DNA of 64,000 bases from a virus. Taxonomy: Duplodnaviria; Caudoviricetes. Shown in pieces: positions 24,583 to 33,475 of this stretch; position 1 is the first letter of the stretch, and every line of letters starts with the position of its first letter. A program made the translations under genes and the position numbers. The DNA lies in the IMG/VR virus record IMGVR_UViG_3300031784_000006, one strand, 5' to 3'. The notes below the pieces were generated by a model. The model ran no database searches. It saw nothing but the letters and a program-made list of their open reading frames with translations, and was not told the DNA's origin.

Positions 24583-24965
24583 TTTTTTCCTCCAATATCA
24601 AGTCGTTTTTTGATGAAAGTTAGTTGTTCTTTTGTCAGGATTTTCAGTGCTTGGGATGCTTTTTCATTACTATAACCATAGTATTGTTTTATACATTCTA
24701 AGTCTGTAACCTTATCCTTTCGGAGCCAGGGAGAAAATCTCTTCTTTTTCCTCAAACTATTTAGATAAAATGAATATTGCATACGTTTATCGAGATGGTG
24801 ATTCATATTCATTTCATTAGCAAAAAGAATCGTGTCAATCTGACCCGATAAACATTTATTGATAATGTAAGGTGCATATTCTTTTATGCTTGTCTCATCA
24901 TCTTTCATCAAATCTTCTTTTGTGAAGTTGATAGAATTCAACCAATCTTTAAGTTCGTAAGTCAT
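24579..24965 (-). CDS. gp62: Clamp loader small subunit
   Basis: YAPYIINKCLS...ANEMN...QYSFY...YYGYSNEKA. Confidence 0.95.
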   Translation of the reverse strand: MTYELKDWLNSINFTKEDLMKDDETSIKEYAPYIINKCLSGQIDTILFANEMNMNHHLDKRMQYSFYLNSLRKKKRFSPWLRKDKVTDLECIKQYYGYSNEKASQALKILTKEQLTFIKKRLDIGGKK

Positions 24966-26077
24966 CGTATAATCTGAATATCGTCATCATCGGTCCAAAG
25001 TTCAACTTTTGTTCGGAACCTATTTTCTTCTTTTAGTTTTTCATATCTCTTCGACGCTTTTTTCTTCCACCAAGAAATAATGTTTTCTAGATAAAATTTA
25101 TCCCAGTTTGAACCACGAAGAAGTTGGGTATGTTCGCCAAGTATCACTTCACGAACATTTGAATATCCATAATCAGAAATATAAAATCTCTTCTTTTGAG
25201 TGAGATTAAATGCAACATCAATTACACGATTAAACTCATCAAGTTTTTTCTTATCTTGAAGAGAATTTTTTATGATCGAAATCATTTTTGTCTGACGCTT
25301 CATCTTTTTAGATGATGCCTTATTATCAGTCAAAGGTGTATTGTTATTGAGATAGGTAAATCTATCGTGAAGTTTATGAAACACATCATCATGAAGAAGA
25401 GGTAAGAACTTACTCTCAGTCAAACCTTTATATCGCATGAATGGTTTTAGACCATCATACTGAGATGCATCTGTAGTTGAACCATACAGAGAAGTTGTTT
25501 CAAAGAGAGCAATATCTTTTTCAAACACTTTGTTTAGTGTTTCTCTTGCGTAGTGAGAGCAGCAAAGTAGAGCAAGGAGTTTTCCACCAAGGTAATTGTA
25601 TCCAAAAGGTTGAGAAGGAACAATTACAAATCCCATAGCAGCATGACGATTGAAAATAGAAAGGTCTGGAGTTTTTCCCAACCATTCATTTCTTGGTTTA
25701 GAATTAATAGTTGGAGAACCAAAACGAATAAATCCAACTACCTTTCCAGTATTCTTTTCATACACCATCCACCGCAATTCTCTACCAGGAATATTCGATT
25801 CATTATTGTGGGAGGATACAACCTTCAAAAGAGTGTTGTAGTGTTCTTGTGGTAATGATTGCTGAAAACGGTCGCCAATAAACTTAATATCAAACTCCAT
25901 ATCTTCCGGATGAATATCTTCATTCAGAAATTCATCATGAAGTGGCGCAAGTGTATTAGAACTCTTAATAACTTCTTTCTTCACAAAACGCAAATAATCC
26001 TCAATATTTCCCATTTGAGAGAAATAATTGATAAATTCACCAGCAGCCCATTGAGCGTCTTGTTCGGAAATAATCAT
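24962..26077 (-). CDS. DUF4338-like protein
   Basis: GFIRFGSP, PFGYNYLGGKLLALL, ETTSLYG..SQY motifs resemble DUF4338 (DruA-associated domain). Confidence 0.6.
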   Translation of the reverse strand: MIISEQDAQWAAGEFINYFSQMGNIEDYLRFVKKEVIKSSNTLAPLHDEFLNEDIHPEDMEFDIKFIGDRFQQSLPQEHYNTLLKVVSSHNNESNIPGRELRWMVYEKNTGKVVGFIRFGSPTINSKPRNEWLGKTPDLSIFNRHAAMGFVIVPSQPFGYNYLGGKLLALLCCSHYARETLNKVFEKDIALFETTSLYGSTTDASQYDGLKPFMRYKGLTESKFLPLLHDDVFHKLHDRFTYLNNNTPLTDNKASSKKMKRQTKMISIIKNSLQDKKKLDEFNRVIDVAFNLTQKKRFYISDYGYSNVREVILGEHTQLLRGSNWDKFYLENIISWWKKKASKRYEKLKEENRFRTKVELWTDDDDIQIIR

Positions 26078-27018
26078 TTAAATTCACACTCACACATAAT
26101 TTCAGTAAGAGCAGCAAGAAGATTTACTTCCTGGTCAGCCACAAACGCACATTGGTATTGGTACTTAGCAACAACAAGAACGGCAGCAGGGATAGATGAG
26201 GGTGAAAGACAATCAAAAGCGGCGTCATAAACCCTGCGAAGTAGACTAGAAGCATCGTTATCCAAGTTGGAGACCACCCACTTTCGGACTTCAGTAAAGT
26301 TTTTATCTTTGAGGTTTTTGATGAGTTCATTTACAGAAACGTCTGAGAAAGATGCAAGAATGCCCGAGTCGATTTTTCCTCCTGTAGAATACCTCTGGCA
26401 TTCGTTGAGGACCCTACGAAAATCTGGGAAGTGTTTTGATACAAGTTCCGCAACGACTTTTTGATCGTACTCAATCTTTTCCGCATCCAAGATTGATTGA
26501 AGTCGTTGAAAGAAACTACCTGCGAGTTGTACACGCTGTTTCCCTTTGATGGTGAAGTCGATGACAGCACATCGGGAGTGAAGAGGTTCAATAATCTTGT
26601 TCTTGTAGTTGCAGGTGAAGATGAATCGGCAGTTGTTATAAAATGCCTCAATATTCGCCCGTAGTAGGAGTTGAACATCATTTCCCGTGTTGTCAGCTTC
26701 GTCAATAATGATGACCTTGTGTTTAGAAGATCCCGTAAGTGAGACGGTCGAAGCGAAGTTCTTTGCTTGGTTCCGCACAGTATCCAAGAAACGTCCTTCG
26801 TCGGATCCATTGATGACATAATAATCTGCCCCCAACTCATTGCATAATGCTTTTGCGATTGTAGTTTTACCGATACCAGGAGGTCCAGCAAGAAGGAGAT
26901 TAGGAATCTCCCCCTTCGCTACAAACTCCTTAAAGGTTTTTTTAGTATCATCAGGAAGAATACAGTCATCAATTACTTGAGGACGATATCGTTCCACGAA
27001 GAGGAAATCACTGCTCAT
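26074..27018 (-). CDS. gp44: Clamp loader large subunit (AAA+)
   Basis: ERYRP, GPPGIGKT, IIDEAD, PLHSRC, PDFRR. Confidence 0.97.
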   Translation of the reverse strand: MSSDFLFVERYRPQVIDDCILPDDTKKTFKEFVAKGEIPNLLLAGPPGIGKTTIAKALCNELGADYYVINGSDEGRFLDTVRNQAKNFASTVSLTGSSKHKVIIIDEADNTGNDVQLLLRANIEAFYNNCRFIFTCNYKNKIIEPLHSRCAVIDFTIKGKQRVQLAGSFFQRLQSILDAEKIEYDQKVVAELVSKHFPDFRRVLNECQRYSTGGKIDSGILASFSDVSVNELIKNLKDKNFTEVRKWVVSNLDNDASSLLRRVYDAAFDCLSPSSIPAAVLVVAKYQYQCAFVADQEVNLLAALTEIMCECEFK

Positions 27019-27020
27019 AA

Positions 27021-27536
27021 TTAAATCCATTCAGGTTTTCGTTGAGGCATACGAAGATAATTATCAGCAACCCAAGGTTTGGATGCGATGTATTTTTTGT
27101 ATGCTTCAAATGTATCAATAGTGTCGTCAAACTTCCATTCCTCGGGCATAGCACGAGCAAATGGACTTACTTCTGTAATCTTACCCTTGGGGAACAAGTA
27201 GTATGCATCTACAAGGGTTTTATAGCAGGAGTGAGTTTTATTATACCTCAGGCAGTATTCATCAGACAAGTTCAATCCCCACTTAATTAACCAGTAGGCA
27301 TTATGGATACTCTCCATTGCCCACTTGGTGCAGGGATGATTGCGGAATGCTCCTTTCTCGGTCTTGTAGGGGGTCCCATCTGCCTTAGGGAGAGTGCCAT
27401 ATCCATGCCCCCACTTGTCAGAAGCAACGATAGAGAGCATCTGACAGCACTCTAGGGGCATTTTGACAATATGTTTGTCGGGGAGGCAAATGGCACTCTC
27501 AGCAGGCCAAGGAGAAGTAACAAAGATGTTCATCAA
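27021..27536 (-). CDS. Pyrimidine-dimer DNA glycosylase family protein (DenV-related)
   Basis: MNIF...DKHIVKMPLECCQML...NHPCTKW...FARAMP. Confidence 0.8.
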   Translation of the reverse strand: MMNIFVTSPWPAESAICLPDKHIVKMPLECCQMLSIVASDKWGHGYGTLPKADGTPYKTEKGAFRNHPCTKWAMESIHNAYWLIKWGLNLSDEYCLRYNKTHSCYKTLVDAYYLFPKGKITEVSPFARAMPEEWKFDDTIDTFEAYKKYIASKPWVADNYLRMPQRKPEWI

Positions 27537-28201
27537 CCAAATGTAGAATCAGGCTCCAGAGCAATATGATAAGTCACATCAAACCCAGTATTCTTGAATC
27601 GTGACAAAAGTTTACTGGAGATTACGACCTCATAGTTTCCAGGAATAATCTTGATGTTCTCTACCTTGAAGTTAAAAGTGAATACTTCATCGGTTTCACC
27701 GACAACCACAGAGAAATCGTTAGAGGTATCGTTCTTCTTATCACGAACTACCAGTTTCACCACACCTGCTTCACCAACCACAGACAGGTCAGGAAGTTGA
27801 TACACAGCAGCAGCCTTAAGGAGTTTGTCAAGTTCTTTGGTATCAAGAAGGAAACAAACATCTTCACTAGGCAAAACAATATCTTTGTCTGGAGGAGTGA
27901 TGATTACATTGGGATCAGCAAAGAAATACTTAGAGCGAGACTTACCTTCTTTGATTACAACATAACCATCATTCTGAAAATCTAGTTCAGCATTTTGGTG
28001 AAGATTGAGTCCATTAAGAAACTGGTTTAGATCATAGATACCAAAATCCTTAGGCAGTTCTTCTTCAATTGTTGCCTCTGCAAGAATGTTCTTCATTACA
28101 GAAATAGTGCGAAGACTGCTCCCTTCCTTAAACAGAATGGATTGATTAATGGAAGAAAAGTTCTTCAGCAGAGTCAGAGTTTTATCAGAGAGTTTCATCA
28201 C
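27533..28201 (-). CDS. gp45: Sliding clamp
   Basis: LSDKTLTLLKNFSSINQS, FGIYDLNQFL, YFFADP, IALE. Confidence 0.97.
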   Translation of the reverse strand: MMKLSDKTLTLLKNFSSINQSILFKEGSSLRTISVMKNILAEATIEEELPKDFGIYDLNQFLNGLNLHQNAELDFQNDGYVVIKEGKSRSKYFFADPNVIITPPDKDIVLPSEDVCFLLDTKELDKLLKAAAVYQLPDLSVVGEAGVVKLVVRDKKNDTSNDFSVVVGETDEVFTFNFKVENIKIIPGNYEVVISSKLLSRFKNTGFDVTYHIALEPDSTFG

Positions 28202-28686
28202 TTATTTTCAACAAGGTTAAGGTGGTTAATCAAAAGAATAGTATAGTGCAGAACCTTGAATAGATCAGCACGAGGAGTACCTTTAGTATCATAACGATCT
28301 GTGTACTTGGTAATATTACCAGCACAGAAACCTTCACGACGATTGTGCTTAATCTTGTCTAGTGTTTGCTCAGTTCCACCACCAGTCCTATCTACATAAT
28401 GCTGACTATAAGTGCCAGCAATATACTCCTCAAGTTGCTTTAGGATTTTGTCTTCATTGTATTTCCAAAATCCATTTTTGTTTGTATCTTCAGTCATAGG
28501 CGAATTAAAAGTAATCGTATCAGAGGCAGCATAAGGATTTCCAGTTAAACTAATTCCATCCTCATACAAATAATCTTGAGATGGTTGAATAGTACCAAAA
28601 TTAATGATGTCAGTTCCACATCCACCAGAAATCATATTATCTCCAAGAATAAAATCTTTATAAGTGCTCTCAAAGTTTTCAGACAT
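28198..28686 (-). CDS. DUF3310-like hypothetical protein
   Basis: TYSQHY...GFCAGNITKY..RY..KG. Confidence 0.65.
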   Translation of the reverse strand: MSENFESTYKDFILGDNMISGGCGTDIINFGTIQPSQDYLYEDGISLTGNPYAASDTITFNSPMTEDTNKNGFWKYNEDKILKQLEEYIAGTYSQHYVDRTGGGTEQTLDKIKHNRREGFCAGNITKYTDRYDTKGTPRADLFKVLHYTILLINHLNLVENK

Positions 28687-28741
28687 TGTGTTTCATAGTA
28701 AAGGATAAAAAGAGGAGGCACATTGACCTCCAAATATTCTA

Positions 28742-29833
28742 TCAGTTTGCTTGTTGTTCGTCAACAGGCATCTGAAAGTCAGCATCCACTTTATCATACA
28801 GTTCCAGGAAAGCCTGTTTGGTTTCGTCATCAAAGCGATTCACACACACTTGGATTGCCTTTGCCTTATCTTGGAAGATGCTGTAAGCACGGATGATGTG
28901 GACTAGACGACGGGTGCTGATGATTTCCTCAATACCACCGTCATAGAAGGTCTTGCGGATGATATCCGCCCAATCCACCATGCGCTTGCAGAAGTCACGG
29001 TCTTCCACACCAAGGTCCAGAGCGATGCCTTCCAGAATCTTTTGCTCAGTAGCAGGAGCAGGATATGACTGCTCAAAGGTAACGGGGAAACGCTCAAGGA
29101 ATGCCTCGTTGAGAACGTTGGTGCCAATGAAACGGCCGTCATCAGAACCCTTACCCTTGGTATTGGCAGTAGCAATCACATTGAAACCAGTAGCAGGTTT
29201 TACCCAGCGACCAATCTTTTTCAGGAAGACACCTTTTCCTTCAAGAATGGATTGGAGGCACAGAATTTTGTTGCTAGCGAGGTCGATTTCGTCAAGAAGT
29301 AGGATTGCTCCTCGCTCCAGTGCCTCAATGACGGGACCGTTGTGCCAAGCAGTATTCCCATCAACAAGGCGGAAACCACCAATCAAGTCGTCTTCATCAG
29401 TCTCAATCGTAATGTTTACACGAATCAGTTCACGCTTCAGTTGAGCACAAGCTTGCTCCACACTGAACGTTTTACCATTACCCGAAAGACCCGTAATGAA
29501 CGTTGGATAAAAAAGACGGGACTGAATAATTTTTTTAATATCGTTAAAGTTACCAAACTTGACGAAGGTATCATCTTTATCAGGAATGAGGTTTTGTTCG
29601 ATAGGAGGAACCACAGAGGGTGCTTGGAAAGTACGTTCGATTTCTTCTACTTTTTGTTGAGTCACTTCAAGATTCCATTTGCCACGACCAACTTTGAATT
29701 GATCAAGTTTCTTAGTTACGGTTTGATAGTTAGCATCGTTCAGATTACACCAGGCACGAATATCAGCACCAGTTACGGTGTTTCCATAGAGGTTTTGAAG
29801 AGAAGTGCGGATGTAGTCGGAGGAGAGTGCCAT
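28742..29833 (-). CDS. cobS: CobS-like MoxR-family AAA+ ATPase
   Basis: GLSGNGKT, LLDEID, TANTKG, AFLERF, STRRLV; start MALSS. Confidence 0.9.
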   Translation of the reverse strand: MALSSDYIRTSLQNLYGNTVTGADIRAWCNLNDANYQTVTKKLDQFKVGRGKWNLEVTQQKVEEIERTFQAPSVVPPIEQNLIPDKDDTFVKFGNFNDIKKIIQSRLFYPTFITGLSGNGKTFSVEQACAQLKRELIRVNITIETDEDDLIGGFRLVDGNTAWHNGPVIEALERGAILLLDEIDLASNKILCLQSILEGKGVFLKKIGRWVKPATGFNVIATANTKGKGSDDGRFIGTNVLNEAFLERFPVTFEQSYPAPATEQKILEGIALDLGVEDRDFCKRMVDWADIIRKTFYDGGIEEIISTRRLVHIIRAYSIFQDKAKAIQVCVNRFDDETKQAFLELYDKVDADFQMPVDEQQAN

Positions 29834-29858
29834 TCGTTTGCTTTGTTTCAACCTAGTC

Positions 29859-29914
29859 ATTATAAACCAAAAAAGGGTCCGCTTGGGACCCCGGTGGTCA
29901 GTTTGCCAACTGGT
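29859..29914 (-). promoter_or_regulatory. Box + hairpin + TATAAT promoter module
   Basis: ACCAGTTGGCAAACTGACCAC, GGGTCC CAAGC GGACCC TTTTTT, TATAAT. Confidence 0.65.
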
Positions 29915-30083
29915 TCTTGAGTTCTTTTAGGTACTCCTCACTGGCAATATGTCCGGTATAACCTGGGTAATATTTTTTTACAAGTGCAGGAATGCCCATA
30001 GCAGTTGTACTACTATTACACTTAATCCATATTTCTTTAGTGTCGTATTTTACTACGTGTTCAAATGGAAATTTAGTCTTCAT
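29898..30083 (-). CDS. Small hypothetical protein
   Basis: MKTKFPFEHVVKYDTKEIWIKCNSSTTAMGIPALVKKYYPGY... Confidence 0.65.
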   Translation of the reverse strand: MKTKFPFEHVVKYDTKEIWIKCNSSTTAMGIPALVKKYYPGYTGHIASEEYLKELKNQLAN

Positions 30084-30582
30084 AAGTAAATGTTTTGTTT
30101 TTAACTTTTGTATCGAATTCACCAGTTCTACCTGGTTTCATTTTACCAACTTTAACACGCTTACCTTCTCCAGGCCAAGACTTATTAGTTCCAACAAGTT
30201 GAGCACCACCTTTTGGTTTCTTTTGAATTAAAACAGAATCTTGATTATATTTCTTACCAAGTTTAGTGATTGCTTTCTTAAAAGTTCTTTTACCCTTTTT
30301 ACCAGAAGAAATTACGTGTGATTTCTCACCAACTTTCTTCTCTTGAGGAGTTCCTGGGTTTTCGGTATATCTTCCAGAAACTTTAGTAGGTCCCGGAAGA
30401 CCAGCACCTCTAATGTCTTTCTCTAGTTGCTTAGAACGAGACTTATTTTCCGTCTTTGACTTATCACCTCTTTGGGCAGACATAATTGCCATGCCACCTT
30501 TTTGTGATTTTGAGCGAACTCTATTCAAAGAGGTTTCTTGAATAGAGCAGCACTCTACCATAAATTCTTGGAATGTCTTCAT
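30073..30582 (-). CDS. Putative S-adenosylmethionine lyase (T3 SAMase-like) with capsid-targeting N-terminus
   Basis: IMSAQR...ENKSRSKQL...GRYTE...GEKSHVI...LGKKYNQDSVLI matches the T3 SAMase pattern VSAFR...VNMSRHRHM...GCYRE...EEKTVRV...LACNEWEQDCVLV (recalled, not searched). Confidence 0.72.
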   Translation of the reverse strand: MKTFQEFMVECCSIQETSLNRVRSKSQKGGMAIMSAQRGDKSKTENKSRSKQLEKDIRGAGLPGPTKVSGRYTENPGTPQEKKVGEKSHVISSGKKGKRTFKKAITKLGKKYNQDSVLIQKKPKGGAQLVGTNKSWPGEGKRVKVGKMKPGRTGEFDTKVKNKTFTYED

Positions 30583-32768
30583 GCTACCAAAGAAATAAAT
30601 TCTCCTAATACTTTTTTATTTAGTTTTTTAGTCTTCAAAGACTTTACAAAAGCGGACTTGATTTGAGACTTTGTTGCATCTTCAGCAACTTCAAACTCAG
30701 ATTCCTGAGAAAGTGCGGTTGCAGACAACCCAAAATATGCATCATAACCAGACTTAGTAATAGTGAAGCTTTTCACTTTCTTCCAATCATTCTGGATTTT
30801 TTCATACTGATTATCATTATGAGAATGGTAGAGTTGAATAAATCGGTTTGCATTGCGAGGTTCAAGAACACGAATACCAATAAAGTTTGTAGAAGAGAAC
30901 TTGTCCTTCAGATTCCTTAGAAGAGTATCGGTAAAATCATGATACCCATAACCAATCTTATATGTAGTTCCAAGTTTACGATCGCGAATAAAAGTATTAT
31001 GTGGATTAATATATCCAGTTCCAAGAAAGGGGGTTTTTTCCCAATGCCTTTTAACTTCTCGATGATAAACTAATTGACTTGCTTCACCATCAGTCAGAAC
31101 AATACACTGAACTTTTTGCAGTTTGTTCTCTTTCTGAAACCTAGGAAGAATTTGATGAAGGGTAATCAGTGCTTCATTTAGAGGAGTTCCCGAAAGACTA
31201 AGACGATTAGAGTATGTATAAGGAGAACTATAAGTCCTACCAAAACAATAAGCAAGACGCCAAATGTTAAGAATCTGATGTTCTAACTCTTTACCAGAAA
31301 CTTTGCTAGTAAGCATATTCATCATGGAGAAAGTTTCATCCACAACCAAAAGACCATCTTTCTTCTCATAATGAGGAGTACGGTCTGCAGCAAAATAACG
31401 GTCATTCTCATAATCATACTCACCACGACGCCACTCATTGGTGAAAGCATAAACCTCAAAAGGAATGGAAATTTTCTTGCAGAACCAAACAAGATTAAAG
31501 AGTTGCTTGCAAGTATCAAGCATCACTTCAGCCATAGAACCACTCCAGTCCAGAACAAATACCAGACCATGATTCTTACCATCAGGAATCACAGAAACTT
31601 TCTTGAACAGGTCTTCATTGTACTTGTAGGTATGAAGACGAGTAGTATCAAGAACACCAGTTCGAGCAGTTGAAGAACGAGCGTACTGGTCTGCTGCTTT
31701 GCGACATTCAAACTCTTTCACCAGATAGTTGACCTCTTTTTGAGCAGAAGACTTAAACTTCTTAAACTCAATATCAACTTCTTTATAAAGATTTACTGGA
31801 GCATATCCTCTATCTTTTGCATGTTCATTATGAAGTTTCTGTTGATGAGAAAAAGAGTCATCAATATCCTTATGAACATCATAGTTCTTACCAATAATAG
31901 TTTCAAGATTTACTTTAGGAATCTCAATGTACGTATTCTCATAGTCATCGTTTCCAACAAGATCACGAATCTTATCTTCCAGAGATTCTGCAGTGCGAAC
32001 TTCAGGTTCTTCTTCAGTATCAGAAGATTTTACAGGAGTTTCATTTCCTTGAGCCGTTCCACCATAAGAATCAGATTCGCCAGGTTGTTCCTGAGACTTA
32101 TCACTCTCACCTTCTTGTTCAGAAGAGGAATCATTAGTCTCCACAAAATCACTTGCAGGAGATTGTGAATTTCCTTGAGTCTCGTGAGAATCGAAATCAG
32201 AAACCTTCTGTTGTTGCTCTTTTTCTTTCTTACAATACTTATAAAGTTCTTCTGCAGCAATCAGAGTATCTGCAAAACTTTCACAAGCATCAATCAAATT
32301 AATGATTTCTTTCTCTTCGGGTTTAAAATTGAGAGTCCGAAAGTTACCAATCTTAAAATAAAGATTAGCACGGTCAGCAAGATTAAAAGTAGAAATATCT
32401 TCATCTCCAAGTTGGAAGAAATCTTCCTCGTTCAGTTCTTTATAACCGTTGAAGAAAGTCTTGGCAAGTCCAGCATACTTACGCTTCATTAGTTTTTCAA
32501 TACGTGCATCCTCAACAACATTTACAAACTGCTGAGGAACTTTCACAGTTTCCAACCAGTCTTCATCGGGAGTGAAGAGTGCATGACCGACCTCATGACC
32601 CACCAGAAGGTCATACACAAGTCCACTTGCCTTCTCCCACAAAGGCAAAGTTAAGACACGAGTATGAACGTTGAAGCAAGCGGTCTCTACTTTCTTGTGC
32701 TCAACTACAAGGTCTTCAGTAGCAAGGAGTTTTGCAAGTTGAGATTTGATTTCGTGACGGACGGACAT
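30579..32768 (-). CDS. CobT-like vWA-domain protein with N-terminal HExxH metallopeptidase-like region
   Basis: GHEVGH, EDARIE, MIDAS motif LDWSGSM, SGTPL, VLTDGE. Confidence 0.85.
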   Translation of the reverse strand: MSVRHEIKSQLAKLLATEDLVVEHKKVETACFNVHTRVLTLPLWEKASGLVYDLLVGHEVGHALFTPDEDWLETVKVPQQFVNVVEDARIEKLMKRKYAGLAKTFFNGYKELNEEDFFQLGDEDISTFNLADRANLYFKIGNFRTLNFKPEEKEIINLIDACESFADTLIAAEELYKYCKKEKEQQQKVSDFDSHETQGNSQSPASDFVETNDSSSEQEGESDKSQEQPGESDSYGGTAQGNETPVKSSDTEEEPEVRTAESLEDKIRDLVGNDDYENTYIEIPKVNLETIIGKNYDVHKDIDDSFSHQQKLHNEHAKDRGYAPVNLYKEVDIEFKKFKSSAQKEVNYLVKEFECRKAADQYARSSTARTGVLDTTRLHTYKYNEDLFKKVSVIPDGKNHGLVFVLDWSGSMAEVMLDTCKQLFNLVWFCKKISIPFEVYAFTNEWRRGEYDYENDRYFAADRTPHYEKKDGLLVVDETFSMMNMLTSKVSGKELEHQILNIWRLAYCFGRTYSSPYTYSNRLSLSGTPLNEALITLHQILPRFQKENKLQKVQCIVLTDGEASQLVYHREVKRHWEKTPFLGTGYINPHNTFIRDRKLGTTYKIGYGYHDFTDTLLRNLKDKFSSTNFIGIRVLEPRNANRFIQLYHSHNDNQYEKIQNDWKKVKSFTITKSGYDAYFGLSATALSQESEFEVAEDATKSQIKSAFVKSLKTKKLNKKVLGEFISLVA

Positions 32769-32791
32769 TCGACTTGTTTTCGTATGAGACT

Positions 32792-32847
32792 ATTATACAA
32801 AAAAAGAGGGTCGTGAAACCCTCTTGTGTGCCAGTTTTGGAAGTGTC
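32792..32847 (-). promoter_or_regulatory. Box + terminator hairpin + TATAAT promoter module
   Basis: GACACTTCCAAAACTGGCACA, AAGAGGGT TTCACG ACCCTCTT TTTTT, TATAAT. Confidence 0.65.
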
Positions 32848-33300
32848 TTATGCAGGTGGAAGTTTTACTGGATTTGGACCCGTCATTTTGTTATAAATTT
32901 TTTGTGCTCTAGGGTCTTTTAATGTTTGTCCCTTATTCCAAGTTTTGTTATCAGATGGACTATCTGTTGGACCACCAGTCATTTGCTCAACAATACTCTG
33001 TCTCCACTCTTCACTCATATTTGCCATAATAGCAAGAGCTGCCTTGTTGGTATCAGCATATCCTTCGGCAACTAGGTATTCTAACAGATAATCAAAGAGA
33101 TCAACCTCTTCTTCCACAGGAGATGATGGTTTATTAACTCTTAGTCCAGGAACTTGTTTTGCTTTCTTTTCAGTTTCAAAATTTGGAATTCTATCATTTT
33201 GTGTAGTAGTAGCAACTTTAACTTCATCAAGTTTTTCTTTAACTTGTGAGTACATAGAAGCATATGCTTCCATTATCTCTCTAACTTCTTTTGCTTTCAT
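32848..33300 (-). CDS. Late hypothetical protein, EAY / EGYA-MSEEW cassette family (copy C)
   Basis: MKAKEVREIMEAY..., LLEYLVAEGYADTNKAALAIMANMSEEW; TATAAATA at 33321-33328. Confidence 0.85.
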   Translation of the reverse strand: MKAKEVREIMEAYASMYSQVKEKLDEVKVATTTQNDRIPNFETEKKAKQVPGLRVNKPSSPVEEEVDLFDYLLEYLVAEGYADTNKAALAIMANMSEEWRQSIVEQMTGGPTDSPSDNKTWNKGQTLKDPRAQKIYNKMTGPNPVKLPPA

Positions 33301-33323
33301 TTTTACAAAGACTTTTTAGATAT

Positions 33324-33461
33324 TTATAAAAAAGAAGAACCGCCCCGTGAGAGGCGGTTCTTGAGTGCTTGGCGTCGTGCTTTTGCTTGTCGGAGTGCTT
33401 GCGGTTTCAGTTTCCGCTTCTGCTCCTTCTTAGAGTGGTGTTGCCAGTTTGGGACTTGCAT
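33324..33461 (-). CDS. Small basic protein (45 aa); 3' end overlaps a terminator
   Basis: MQVPNWQHHSKKEQKRKLKPQALRQAKARRQALKNRL...; hairpin GAACCGCC TCTCACG GGGCGGTTC at its end. Confidence 0.6.
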   Translation of the reverse strand: MQVPNWQHHSKKEQKRKLKPQALRQAKARRQALKNRLSRGGSSFL

Positions 33462-33475
33462 GATTCTTAAGTGAG

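Noticed and set aside
28953-29920. Long plus-strand ORFs antisense to cobS
   Set aside because: Expected shadows of a GC-richer coding region; no motifs or expression signals.
28742-32768. Cobalamin biosynthesis auxiliary genes (cobS/cobT)
   Set aside because: No cobN is present, and the MoxR/vWA architecture is better explained as a chaperone system.
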